IMG/VR virus record: IMGVR_UViG_3300042402_006309
Coordinates: 1,887-65,886 of that record
DNA length: 64,000 bases
Strand: one strand, 5' to 3'
DNA from: a virus
Taxonomy: Duplodnaviria > Caudoviricetes
Part shown: one piece after another, positions 28,095 through 36,940 of the stretch
How the letters are laid out: every line of letters begins with the position of its first letter
Position numbering within the stretch: the stretch's first letter is position 1
Program-made: the position numbers and the translations under genes
Notes under the pieces: generated by a model
Told to the model about the DNA's origin: nothing
What the model saw: the letters and a program-made list of their open reading frames with translations, nothing else
The model's database searches: none

Positions 28095-30119
28095 ATGGCA
28101 AAATACCGATCACCAGGGCTCACCATGGCCTTGCCACGCCGCACGCTGGAATATCTCCAGCGCGGTGCGAGCGAGGGCATGCGCAATGCCGAACTCTTTG
28201 ATGCGACCTGCCAGTTCCGCGACGCCGGCCACCCGTTAGAGGAAACGGAAGGTCAACTCCTCGCCCGTGCGCTGGCCGACGGGCTCACCGAAGCCGAAGC
28301 GCGGACCACCATCCGCTCGGTCTATGCAAGGACCTCCAGGGAACCGCTCGGGGCGTCCGGGCCATTGCCTGCCGCGTCATCACCTGCGCCACGACGTGCC
28401 ACGCCATCACCGGTCCGGCACGAGCGGTCAACGATGGCGCTGCCAGTCACCATCGACGACGGCTTTGTTAGGCTCATTGACGCGTGTTTCCAGCCGGATG
28501 AATTCGTGGCCATCGCCCCGGCGACGGAAACCGACGAGGGCGAAATCGTCCCGCGCCGTGGTGTCACACTCACCGCGAGCGAGTGGAAATCCAAGGTGGC
28601 AGCCAAGGGCGGAATCGACCGAGCCTTCGGCACCAAGCTTGGGTTGTTCCTGCGCATCAATCCGATGACCAAGGGCGGGGCGAAGAACGAAGATGTCACC
28701 GCGTTCCGCCATGTGCTGGTCGAGTTCGACCGCGACGAGGCCGGCAAGGCGATTCCGAAGGAGGAGCAGTATCACGCGGTCGTCGCCAGCGGCATGCCGG
28801 TCGCGGCGTTGATCGACTCTGGTAATAAGAGCCTGCACGCATGGATCCGGGTCGATGCGCCGGACGAGAAGGAATACAAACGCCGCGTCGAAATCATCTG
28901 GGAATGGTTTTCTGGGATCAACCTGGACAAGCAGAACCGGAATCCGTCGCGTCTTTCCCGTTGTCCCGACGGCTGGCGCACGGTCGATGGTGATGTTCGT
29001 CGGCAGGCCTTGCTCGCTCTGGAATTTGGCGCGGAGTCGTGGACGGCATGGGAGGCGGCGCACTCGAATTCCGACCTGCCGCCGATCCTACCCGGCCATG
29101 CCTTCATGGGGCAGCCGGAACCGGAACCGCCGCAGCTCGTCGATGGCATACTTCACCAGGGGGCGAAGATGGTGCTGGGTGGCCCGTCGAAGGCACGCAA
29201 GAGCTGGTCTTTGATCGACCTGATGCTCTCGGTATCCACCGGCTCGCCGTGGTGGGGATTCCCGACGCGTCCCGGCCGTGCCCTGTATCTCAACTTCGAG
29301 CTGCCACCCTTCGCGCTCCAATACCGGATCACCCGAATCGCGGCGGCGAAGGACATTTCCGACTTCACCGGCTTCGACATCTGGAACCTGCGCGGCCACG
29401 CCACCGACTTCTCCGCGCTCATTCCGAAGATTCTCGGCCGCATCCGTGACACCGGGTATTCGCTCATCCTGATCGACCCGATCTACAAGGGCCTCGGCTC
29501 ACGGAACGAAAACGATGCCGGCGACATCGCCAGCCTCTTGAACGAGGTCGAGCAACTGGCAGCGAAGTCCGGAGCGGCTGCTGTCTTCGGCGCGCACTTC
29601 TCCAAGGGCAACCAGGCGGGCAAGGAGTCCATCGACCGGATCGGCGGCTCGGGTGTGTTCGCCCGCGATCCCGACGTGATCCTGACGATGACGCCTCACC
29701 AGGAAGACGACGCACACGTCATCGACCTCACGCTGCGTGCCCTGCCGCCCGTGAAGCCGTTCGTTGTTCGCTGGTGCGAGTCGATCTTCATCACCGACCG
29801 GAACGCCGACCCTGCCGCGCTCAAGGCTCCCCAGGGTAATCCCAAGAGCGAGAAGGCGAAGGCGACCTACAAGATGGGCAGCATGGCAGACCGCTTTGGC
29901 AAGGCGGTCGAAAACATGCCGCCAATGGCCAATGGACGTGTCCCGCAGGAATCCGCCGTGCTCGCCTACATCTCCGACCGGATCGCCGAGATTGATGGCG
30001 ACTGCACGCTCAAGGAAGCCCAGCGCGTCTTCTACTGCCTCGCCAACATGAAGAAGGGTTCACCGCTCATCTTCGACAAAGCAACTCGCCTGTGGAGGGG
30101 GTGTAATCATGCAATTTGA
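28095..30119 (+). CDS. Primase-helicase (primase-like domain + AAA_25/RepA helicase)
   Basis: LVEFD, DSGNKSLHAW, NRNPSRLSR; GGPSKARKS, LILIDP, GGSGVF. Confidence 0.85.
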   Translation: MAKYRSPGLTMALPRRTLEYLQRGASEGMRNAELFDATCQFRDAGHPLEETEGQLLARALADGLTEAEARTTIRSVYARTSREPLGASGPLPAASSPAPRRATPSPVRHERSTMALPVTIDDGFVRLIDACFQPDEFVAIAPATETDEGEIVPRRGVTLTASEWKSKVAAKGGIDRAFGTKLGLFLRINPMTKGGAKNEDVTAFRHVLVEFDRDEAGKAIPKEEQYHAVVASGMPVAALIDSGNKSLHAWIRVDAPDEKEYKRRVEIIWEWFSGINLDKQNRNPSRLSRCPDGWRTVDGDVRRQALLALEFGAESWTAWEAAHSNSDLPPILPGHAFMGQPEPEPPQLVDGILHQGAKMVLGGPSKARKSWSLIDLMLSVSTGSPWWGFPTRPGRALYLNFELPPFALQYRITRIAAAKDISDFTGFDIWNLRGHATDFSALIPKILGRIRDTGYSLILIDPIYKGLGSRNENDAGDIASLLNEVEQLAAKSGAAAVFGAHFSKGNQAGKESIDRIGGSGVFARDPDVILTMTPHQEDDAHVIDLTLRALPPVKPFVVRWCESIFITDRNADPAALKAPQGNPKSEKAKATYKMGSMADRFGKAVENMPPMANGRVPQESAVLAYISDRIAEIDGDCTLKEAQRVFYCLANMKKGSPLIFDKATRLWRGCNHAI

Positions 30120-30254
30120 ACCCGTCATCCAAGCAGGGTTTGAACCTCGGGTGCAAATCGGTTTGAACCCATTTGAACCTGTCATTTCTAACAGTCCGCT
30201 GCGGTGGATAGTAAGGCACCTTACTGTCGATCTGACAGTTATACGTAGTATAAC
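30115..30254. repeat. Iteron-like TTTGAACC x4 plus palindrome (candidate origin)
   Basis: TTTGAACC at 30115, 30139, 30162, 30172; GTTATAC-GTA-GTATAAC at 30238-30254. Confidence 0.55.
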
Positions 30255-30350
30255 AGCGCGAACTGGTGAACCAGGATTCGCGCACGCTGTTACGCTTGGG
30301 AGAGCGACAGCGAAAATCAGGGTGCCGTTGTCGCCGAAAGGAGGTGTGCA

Positions 30351-30635
30351 ATGAACCTCCGAAGGAAAGCCCGGAAGAAGATTCAAAAGCCAAGGGTTTC
30401 AAAATACACCCACCTTTGGCCCGAGCTGGAGTTCATGCCCTGCCTCGACCATTGGCCGAATCGTCCCGATCTCTATCGCCCGGAAAACAGCGAAGTCCTT
30501 CGATACCTGGTCGAGAGCTTCGGCACGACCATCGAAGACGCCGACCGGATCTTCCACTCAGCCGCATCCAAGGGCGTGATCAAGTTCAACCCGGTCACCA
30601 ACCTCTGGCACGGCAGGAAAGGAGGTCAGCAATGA
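30351..30635 (+). CDS. Hypothetical phage protein
   Basis: GGAGG RBS; overlaps neighbours by 4 nt. Confidence 0.7.
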   Translation: MNLRRKARKKIQKPRVSKYTHLWPELEFMPCLDHWPNRPDLYRPENSEVLRYLVESFGTTIEDADRIFHSAASKGVIKFNPVTNLWHGRKGGQQ

Positions 30636-31183
30636 ACTCCGACGACTATGCCCAAAAACAGGCGAAGCGGGATGCTGAATACGAACGCGACTACCGGAAA
30701 TGGGTCAGCACCATGTCACCGACAGAACGGCGCAATCTCCAGAAACTCGGCCTCGATAGCCCATGCCTGCAACGCCATGGCAACGGCGCTCCAGGTCATG
30801 ACATGGCCGACACTCCTGCCGCGAGCTACACGCCCGACATCGCCGCACTTGTCGATGGTGAACCGGACGAACCCGCAAAGGACGCCGGCATGGCGAGCGC
30901 GACCCGCATTCTTCGCTATCTGGTGGCTGACGTTCTGTCCGAAGGCAACGCACGTCTCACCATGGAGTGCTTGTCGGTGGCCCTCGGACTCAGTGCCTAC
31001 GACGGCGAGAGCATGACCGAGATCGCAAAACGATACGGCGTCACCCGGGCAGCCGTCAGCAAGCGCTGCGTTGACATTACCCAAAGGCTGAACCTCCTGC
31101 CATCCCGAGCTATGCGCACCGAGCTGGCCCGCCAAATCTACCGAACCTCACAACTCAAACGATACCAATCCGAAAAACAATGA
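30632..31183 (+). CDS. HTH regulator with sigma region-4-like domain (candidate late regulator)
   Basis: GGAGG RBS, ATG 30632; ESMTEIAKRYGVTRAAVSKR. Confidence 0.7.
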   Translation: MNSDDYAQKQAKRDAEYERDYRKWVSTMSPTERRNLQKLGLDSPCLQRHGNGAPGHDMADTPAASYTPDIAALVDGEPDEPAKDAGMASATRILRYLVADVLSEGNARLTMECLSVALGLSAYDGESMTEIAKRYGVTRAAVSKRCVDITQRLNLLPSRAMRTELARQIYRTSQLKRYQSEKQ

Positions 31184-31794
31184 CAACACTCGCAACACTC
31201 CAAGCCCACAACCCGAAATTCACTATCACTCCTCTCGGCATTCAGTTCGACGATGAAATCAGCTATGAGGAGTGGAGCCAAATGGGCGCTGAACTAGGCA
31301 GAGCCGGGATGTCTATCGGCTTTGTCATTGGTGACTGGATCAACTATGGTGAATCTCGCTGGCGGGAGAAATACGACGACGCACTCAAGATCACGAGGCT
31401 GTCCAGGCAGACATTGAAAAATTATGCCTACATCTCACGAAAGGTCGAATCGTCCCGACGTCGGGACGATTTGGATTTCTCCATCTACGAGACAGTAGCA
31501 AAACTCAAGAATCCAGATGAGCAAGCATTCTGGCTTCAGGTAGCCGCCCAACATGACTTAACTGTTCGGCGTCTCAGGAAATCAATCAACTTCGGCCGCC
31601 TCGCAACAGAGGAAGAGACTCAGGGCGATCCGTTGGACAAGGGACGCATCACCTACCTGGCTCTGCTGAATCGTATCCGCCGTTGGTGGGCACGCGAAAC
31701 CGAGAAGGCACCAGTCGATGAATGGGACGAAGAACGCAGGCAGGCGCTCAAGGAAGACTTCAAGCTGATCCTCGACATCTACCAGGCCCTCTAA
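31180..31794 (+). CDS. LmbU-like DNA-binding protein
   Basis: ISYEEWSQMG...FVIGDWINYGE...EKY...LTVRRLRK pattern. Confidence 0.6.
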   Translation: MTTLATLQAHNPKFTITPLGIQFDDEISYEEWSQMGAELGRAGMSIGFVIGDWINYGESRWREKYDDALKITRLSRQTLKNYAYISRKVESSRRRDDLDFSIYETVAKLKNPDEQAFWLQVAAQHDLTVRRLRKSINFGRLATEEETQGDPLDKGRITYLALLNRIRRWWARETEKAPVDEWDEERRQALKEDFKLILDIYQAL

Positions 31795-31799
31795 CCAAC

Positions 31800-31872
31800 C
31801 GCAGGGAGGGACGGTCCCAGGCGAGTCTCATACCCTCGCCCTCCGCGGGTTCAACTCCCGCCCCTGCAACCA
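31800..31872 (+). tRNA. Atypical tRNA-Met(CAT)-like element with reduced D-arm
   Basis: Acceptor CGCAGGG/CCCTGCA + A + CCA; T-arm GCGGG-TTCAACT-CCCGC; anticodon loop CTCATAC; D-arm only GGGA-CGG-TCCC. Confidence 0.65.
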
Positions 31873-31883
31873 CTCACCCGATC

Positions 31884-32087
31884 ATGACCACCCCGATCCA
31901 ACGAATCTCGCGACTCCTCGATGAAGGGGCGCGATTCATGGTCGAATTGCCCGGCAGCGTCTCCATCGACCTCACACCGGACGTAATCGCCGCGATGGCA
32001 GAGGTTCAAACTCACCGTGACGGATTTGAACCGAAGGAATCTATTGAAAGCCGACGCCCGCCGCCCGGATGTCCCGACCTTCGTTGA
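31884..32087 (+). CDS. Small hypothetical protein
   Basis: MTTPIQRISRLLDEGARF..., starts right after the tRNA-like element. Confidence 0.5.
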   Translation: MTTPIQRISRLLDEGARFMVELPGSVSIDLTPDVIAAMAEVQTHRDGFEPKESIESRRPPPGCPDLR

Positions 32088-32111
32088 ATTTACGTGCAAA
32101 ATCATTTTTTC

Positions 32112-32290
32112 ACTTCCCACATAACGGAGGGTCGGACGGTGTCGCCGGGCACGCGGAAAACCCTGTAAATTCAATGGTTTCCGCCGATTTCAGCTTCGGG
32201 TGAAACGTCCGAAAATGTGGGAAGTAGGGGGGTCTGCTTCCCACTTGCTTCCCACCTGCTTCCCATCGCCGCAGACTGGCAACTTCCCAT
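32112..32290. repeat. CTTCCCA repeat cluster (candidate terminase-binding / cos region)
   Basis: ACTTCCCACAT at 32112 with an exact inverted copy at 32215; TGCTTCCCAY at 32235, 32246, 32257 (11-bp period); ACTTCCCAT at 32282. Confidence 0.7.
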
Positions 32291-32319
32291 CGGCGGGTTG
32301 ACTTGGCGGGCCGGATCAA

Positions 32320-32682
32320 ATGGCAGGCTCCAAGCTCGAATCTCGGTTTCTCTTCCTCTGGCGCGTGGCGCAAGGCCCGTCCCTAGAGCGGGAAGTCCGG
32401 TTCAACCCCACCCGCAAATGGCGGGCTGATTTCGGACACCTGGAAAGCCGGACGCTGATCGAGATCGAAGGCGGAATCTTCATCCCCGGCGGCGGCCGTC
32501 ACAGCCGCGGGGCGGGTTACGCCAAGGACGCCGAGAAGTATCTCGAAGCGGTGCTGGCTGGCTGGACGGTTATCCGGCTGACCGAGAAGCAGCTCGACCT
32601 CGACTTCATCGAGCGGATCGTCGCCTGGATCAATACTCCTCAGGCAGTAAAATGCACGTCGATTGGCGTCCTGCCTCCGTGA
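32320..32682 (+). CDS. Small PD-(D/E)XK endonuclease (DUF559/Vsr-like)
   Basis: RKWRADF...LIEIEGG...RH...DAEKY...GWTVIR. Confidence 0.8.
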   Translation: MAGSKLESRFLFLWRVAQGPSLEREVRFNPTRKWRADFGHLESRTLIEIEGGIFIPGGGRHSRGAGYAKDAEKYLEAVLAGWTVIRLTEKQLDLDFIERIVAWINTPQAVKCTSIGVLPP

Positions 32683-32908
32683 TGATGTAGATGCGCCGGC
32701 CGCCGCCGAGCTTGTAGTGGCTCAGGATGCGGTCGCCGTGGATCAGGGCGTCCTCGTTCGCCTGCTTGTCCTCGTCGCACAGGTCACCCCAATCGCCGCA
32801 GTGGTGGCGGTGCATGTAGGATGCCAGGTCGATGCCGAGTGCCAGGGCTCCGGGCGTTGCCACGGTTCTTCCCAGCGGGAAGCGTGGTTCCATGATTCGG
32901 TATGCCAT
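32630..32908 (-). CDS. Conserved mobile-element small protein
   Basis: FPLGRTVATPGA...RHHCGDWGDL...N...RILSHY...IITE...LLPEEY, a pattern recalled from plasmids and ICEs. Confidence 0.8.
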   Translation of the reverse strand: MAYRIMEPRFPLGRTVATPGALALGIDLASYMHRHHCGDWGDLCDEDKQANEDALIHGDRILSHYKLGGGRRIYIITEAGRQSTCILLPEEY

Positions 32909-32913
32909 GGCTT

Positions 32914-33192
32914 TCAGTCGTTGGTGGTTCCCCATTCCGGATGGCGCTTGCCGGTGGCGATCAGTCCGGAGGCAAGCATGTCATCGACCAGCGCCTTGGG
33001 CGGCCACTGGCGGTGCGGTTTTCCGGTCTGCATCTTGGACGCGCGGGCGGTGGCGCGGCAGTAGGATGGCAGGTCGGCTTCCGGGTTGAAGCTATCGGCC
33101 CGGAGTTGGGTCATCAGGTCGGTGGCATCGGTGGCGGAGAACGTCGCGCCGTCGATGGTGTGGTATTCGGTGTTCATGGTGGTCATTGTCAT
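32914..33192 (-). CDS. Hypothetical protein
   Basis: Co-oriented downstream of the amidoligase gene. Confidence 0.65.
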   Translation of the reverse strand: MTMTTMNTEYHTIDGATFSATDATDLMTQLRADSFNPEADLPSYCRATARASKMQTGKPHRQWPPKALVDDMLASGLIATGKRHPEWGTTND

Positions 33193-33201
33193 TGGTGGAA
33201 A

Positions 33202-34008
33202 TCATGCGGCCAGTTTTTTGGCGCGCTCGGTGTAGAATTTGGTGAGGCCGCGGGCGTCGATGGCTTGGAAGAACCACTTCATGCGGGGCATCCCGACTCC
33301 GTTGTCCTCCGGGCGGTTGCGGACGGCGGCGGCGGATTCGGCGGCATCGAACATGCGGGCCATCAATCGCACCCAGTTGGTGATCTTGGCGGGATCGGTG
33401 GTGCCCGAGTGGTGGCGGACTTCGAGTGTCTGGTGGCGGAAGTAGGAATGGATGTTCAGCTTCCGATAGCGGCAGGGGTAGAGCTGCTTCATCTGTTCCA
33501 TGCTGCGGCAGGCGTCGATCTTGCGGAACATCTGTGAGCATTGGCCCCGGTGATTGCCGGCGTCGGTGATGCTGTGGTCGAGGTTCGTGCGGCAGTAGGT
33601 GTTGGCATTGCCCCGGCGGGATGCGGGCTGGAACGTATCCAGAACATCCTCGAATTTCAGCCACATCTTGAAGAGGTTCTTCACCGCCTTGAGTGACATC
33701 GTGCGGGCGTCGAAATGGACGTGAAGTCCGCAGCGCTTGTCCACCTGGGCTCCGGCGGCTTCGAGTGCGGCGGCGGCGATCCTGACTTCCTCGATGCCGG
33801 CCTCACCTTCGAGAACCGGTGAAACGAGTTCCAAACCGCAGGAGCCGTCGGTGACGATTTTCCAGTGAGGCGTCGTGTCGTGGGTGTAGTAGGAGGATTC
33901 GACCCGGATGCCTGCGGCTCTCAGGCTGGCGACGGCTTGTTGGGTGGAAATGGTGGCGAGGAATTCAATCTCGACTCCGAAGCGGCGGGACATCGTTGGC
34001 GTTGTCAT
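33202..34008 (-). CDS. Amidoligase_2 family (COOH-NH2 ligase) protein
   Basis: FGVEIE, WKIVTDGS, ELVSPVL, CGLHVH, RYRKLN, TLEVRHHSGT. Confidence 0.88.
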   Translation of the reverse strand: MTTPTMSRRFGVEIEFLATISTQQAVASLRAAGIRVESSYYTHDTTPHWKIVTDGSCGLELVSPVLEGEAGIEEVRIAAAALEAAGAQVDKRCGLHVHFDARTMSLKAVKNLFKMWLKFEDVLDTFQPASRRGNANTYCRTNLDHSITDAGNHRGQCSQMFRKIDACRSMEQMKQLYPCRYRKLNIHSYFRHQTLEVRHHSGTTDPAKITNWVRLMARMFDAAESAAAVRNRPEDNGVGMPRMKWFFQAIDARGLTKFYTERAKKLAA

Positions 34009-34015
34009 GGGTAAT

Positions 34016-34044
34016 ATCTGCCATGGTGCCACCTCACGTCCATG
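34016..34044 (-). promoter_or_regulatory. CATGGAC-N14-TGGCAGAT motif upstream of the amidoligase gene
   Basis: Same motif and spacing as the three plus-strand copies; 7 nt before ATG. Confidence 0.6.
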
Positions 34045-34093
34045 GCTAAGTGGAGTTAGAGGAAAAAAGACATAATCGGCACACGTCGTGGCA

Positions 34094-34274
34094 CCCATGA
34101 AACGTGCCAATCATGACAGAATCATAACCCTCCGAATGATGCGTGATTGGCACGCATCGTGACGCTCAGGAGGTGCGCCAATTCGATGTCTATCGAAGAT
34201 GTAATAACTCCGACTGAAAGACGAAAAAGACATGGACTCAAGTTGTCAGACTGGCAGATGAAGGATGATGAAAG
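34094..34274 (+). repeat. ~180-bp direct repeat copy 1 (inverted repeat + promoter-like motif)
   Basis: Shares blocks with 35071-35252; IR CGTGCCAATCA/TGATTGGCACG; CATGGAC-N14-TGGCAGAT at 34231-34259. Confidence 0.85.
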
Positions 34275-35044
34275 CAAACACACCCGACCTAACTACGAAG
34301 CCACCGATGCTGGCGAAGAATTGGGACAAGACCATGCGGCCGGACGGCTGGTGGATGTCAGAGAAACTCGACGGAGTCCGCGCCATTTGGGACGGCGAAC
34401 ATTTCCGCTCTCGCGGCGGCAACATATTCCACGCCCCGGCATGGTTCAAAGCGGGGCTTCCCGCTCTGCCGCTGGACGGCGAGCTGTTCGTCGGGCGAGG
34501 GAAGTTCAACGACGCAGTGAGCATCGTTCGGTCCATGACCGCTGACTGGTCGCCGGTTAGATATTTGATCTTTGATGTCCAAGCCGACGGCCCGACCGAA
34601 GACCGGCAACGCACGTTGCTCGCCCTGCAACTCCCCGGCCATGTCTCGATAGTCGAGCAGGTGCTCTGTCAGTCCGACAACGCACTGCTTGATTTCGAGC
34701 GCTCCATCCTCGACGGCAGGGGCGAGGGCGTCATGCTCCGCGCCCCGCGTTCATCCTACGAATTCAAGCGGTCCGGCCACCTCCGTAAGCTCAAGAGGTT
34801 CATCGACGATGAGGCCACCGTGATCGGCCATCAGGACGGCGAAGGCAAACACGAAGGACGGCTCGGGGCGTTGGTCTGCCAACTCAGGGACGGCACCACG
34901 TTCCGCGCCGGGTCCGGGTTTACCGACTTCGAAAGGGAAACCCCGCCGCCTATCGGTGCCATCGTGACGGTCCGCTACTTCGAACTGACGCCCGACGGCG
35001 TCCCGCGATTCCCAACATTCCTTGCCGTCCGCAACTACGAATAA
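34265..35044 (+). CDS. Minimal ATP-dependent DNA ligase
   Basis: SEKLDGVR, LDGEL, LIFDV, EGVMLR, LRKLK, OB-fold ending PRFPTF. Confidence 0.93.
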   Translation: MMKANTPDLTTKPPMLAKNWDKTMRPDGWWMSEKLDGVRAIWDGEHFRSRGGNIFHAPAWFKAGLPALPLDGELFVGRGKFNDAVSIVRSMTADWSPVRYLIFDVQADGPTEDRQRTLLALQLPGHVSIVEQVLCQSDNALLDFERSILDGRGEGVMLRAPRSSYEFKRSGHLRKLKRFIDDEATVIGHQDGEGKHEGRLGALVCQLRDGTTFRAGSGFTDFERETPPPIGAIVTVRYFELTPDGVPRFPTFLAVRNYE

Positions 35045-35070
35045 CCCAGCAACCGTCATACCACTGATAT

Positions 35071-35252
35071 CCCATGAAGCGTGCCAATCATGACAGATTC
35101 GAAGCGTGTGAAATGACGCGTGATTGGCACGCATCGTGGCGCTCAGGCACCATGCCAATTCATTATCTAACTGGCATTCGGAACGGGACGAAAAAAGACG
35201 AAAAATGACATGGACTCAAGTTGTCAGACTGGCAGATGAAGGACGATGAAAG
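35071..35252 (+). repeat. ~180-bp direct repeat copy 2
   Basis: IR at 35079-35090/35121-35132; CATGGAC-N14-TGGCAGAT at 35209-35237. Confidence 0.85.
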
Positions 35253-35464
35253 GGACTACCAACACCGCCAATGACACCCCATACGTCACCGGAATGTTGG
35301 TCCTGATCCGCCCCGAGTGGGATGGAGACGACACGCTCCATGAAGTCGCCGAATGGAACGGCGACCGCGGATTCATCCGGCCTGTCGAATGGCCGCACGG
35401 CGGGATTGTCCCGACCGAACTCGTCACCGCTGAAATGATCCAACCCGCAACCATCAACCCCTGA
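35246..35464 (+). CDS. Small hypothetical protein
   Basis: First ORF after repeat copy 2. Confidence 0.65.
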   Translation: MKGTTNTANDTPYVTGMLVLIRPEWDGDDTLHEVAEWNGDRGFIRPVEWPHGGIVPTELVTAEMIQPATINP

Positions 35465-35471
35465 AACCACC

Positions 35472-35639
35472 ATGTACACCGCCAGTGAAATAGACGCCAT
35501 GACCATCGAGGAAATCGAACAAGTCGCCGAACTGCTCACCGATGAAGCCCGTGAAGAATGGGCCGCTGCCGGATACTCCGGTGAGGCCTACCGCAAGCTC
35601 GGAATGAACGATGCCGAGAAAGCCGTCAATTCCCTCTAA
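35472..35639 (+). CDS. Small acidic hypothetical protein (55 aa, below track cutoff)
   Basis: MYTASEIDAMTIEEIEQVAELLTDEAREEWAAAG...; fills a gap in the operon. Confidence 0.65.
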   Translation: MYTASEIDAMTIEEIEQVAELLTDEAREEWAAAGYSGEAYRKLGMNDAEKAVNSL

Positions 35640-35662
35640 ATTCAACCAATAGAACCAAAAGC

Positions 35663-35887
35663 ATGAACGCCACCATCGACTTCACCACCTGGACTGATGC
35701 CCAACTCAACTCGGCGCTGATGTTCGCAGACTCATCCCCCACCGGACTCGCGCTGGTGGCAGAGATCGACCGCCGCAAGGCCGAGGGCATCTGGCTCACC
35801 GACGGCAGCACCGAGCGGGTCGCGCAGAGCATCCGCGACAACACGCCCGCCAGCCGCCGCAAGTTCTCCCGCCGCGCCCGCCGCTAA
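35663..35887 (+). CDS. Small hypothetical protein
   Basis: Operon context, phage-like codon usage. Confidence 0.65.
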   Translation: MNATIDFTTWTDAQLNSALMFADSSPTGLALVAEIDRRKAEGIWLTDGSTERVAQSIRDNTPASRRKFSRRARR

Positions 35888-35913
35888 CCACCAATCCGCA
35901 ACCAAACACCACC

Positions 35914-36204
35914 ATGGACATCGAATACATCAAACAACACCGCCGACTGACCCTCGAATTCGGGCGCGGCGAAACCTACCGCTCTAACAAGCCGACGCTC
36001 TACGGTCACTCGACCTATGGACGCAGCTCGGTTCTCGCCGGCCGTCCGCGCCGGGTCTTCCTCGAAAGCTGGGATGATCTGGACACCGCCCGCGCCGAAC
36101 TCAAGGCAGCGAAGATCCGCTACGCCGACCTCTGCGAGACGGGCGGCTCCACCCACATCCCGGTGGATGTCATCACCGCAGGCCTTCCCGACGAAGACAT
36201 CTAA
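35914..36204 (+). CDS. Small hypothetical protein
   Basis: Operon context. Confidence 0.65.
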   Translation: MDIEYIKQHRRLTLEFGRGETYRSNKPTLYGHSTYGRSSVLAGRPRRVFLESWDDLDTARAELKAAKIRYADLCETGGSTHIPVDVITAGLPDEDI

Positions 36205-36224
36205 CACCCAACCCCTGAGATCCC

Positions 36225-36926
36225 ATGAAATCCGAATCCGACATCCTCGATAAAATCCGCAAACTCCTGCGACTGGCCGACCGCTCCCGTGGCTCCACGG
36301 AGAACGAAGCCAAAGTGGCTCTCGCCAAGGCGCAGGAATTGATGACCCGCCACAACATCGACTCGGCGCTGCTCCGCATGGAACGCGGTGAGTCGGGCGG
36401 CGCGTCGTTCACCGTCAACAAGGGCAAGGTCGATCTGCCCAAGACCCTCAACCCGGCAGACCTCATGATCCTCTCTATCCTGCAGGCGCACTTCAACGTG
36501 AAGACAATCCTGATGCCCAATGGACGCGGGACACCGGTGGACATCATCGGTGCCGCCGCCGACATCGACTTCGCCATCTTCGCGTTCAACTACCTGCGGC
36601 AGACCTTCTTCCGCTGTTGGAATGAATTCAAGCGGACGCATGCCAATCCTGACAAGGCATCCTATTACCGGGGACTTCGCGACGGGCTCAATGCCGAACT
36701 CAAGGCGGCGAAAGAGCGCGCCGAGCAATCCTACGCCGCCGACCAGCGCCAGGCATACGGACTGGTCGTGGTGGATCAGGAGGCGGTCATCACCCGCTAC
36801 GTCGAGCAGGAATACGGCAAGCTCCGCACCCGGTCCCAACGCCGCCGCCACATCCATTCCGGCAGCTATGTCGCCGGTGAAACCAAAGGCCGCACCATCC
36901 AAATCAACCGCCCGCTTCCATCATGA
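36225..36926 (+). CDS. DUF2786-domain protein
   Basis: ILDKIRKLLRLA...ENEAKVALAKAQELMTRHNID. Confidence 0.85.
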   Translation: MKSESDILDKIRKLLRLADRSRGSTENEAKVALAKAQELMTRHNIDSALLRMERGESGGASFTVNKGKVDLPKTLNPADLMILSILQAHFNVKTILMPNGRGTPVDIIGAAADIDFAIFAFNYLRQTFFRCWNEFKRTHANPDKASYYRGLRDGLNAELKAAKERAEQSYAADQRQAYGLVVVDQEAVITRYVEQEYGKLRTRSQRRRHIHSGSYVAGETKGRTIQINRPLPS

Positions 36927-36940
36927 AAACCCGGCAACAG

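Noticed and set aside
30109-30354. 81-aa ORF with FEP repeats
   Set aside because: Better explained as iteron DNA; coding status unsupported
32112-32290. Repeat cluster as a CRISPR array
   Set aside because: Units are 7-11 bp with no spacers of CRISPR length and there is no cas operon; the Cas4-like gene belongs to a recombination module
34094-35140. TTGGCACG boxes as sigma54 promoters
   Set aside because: The -24 box matches but the required GC at -12 (GG-N10-GC) is absent in all copies
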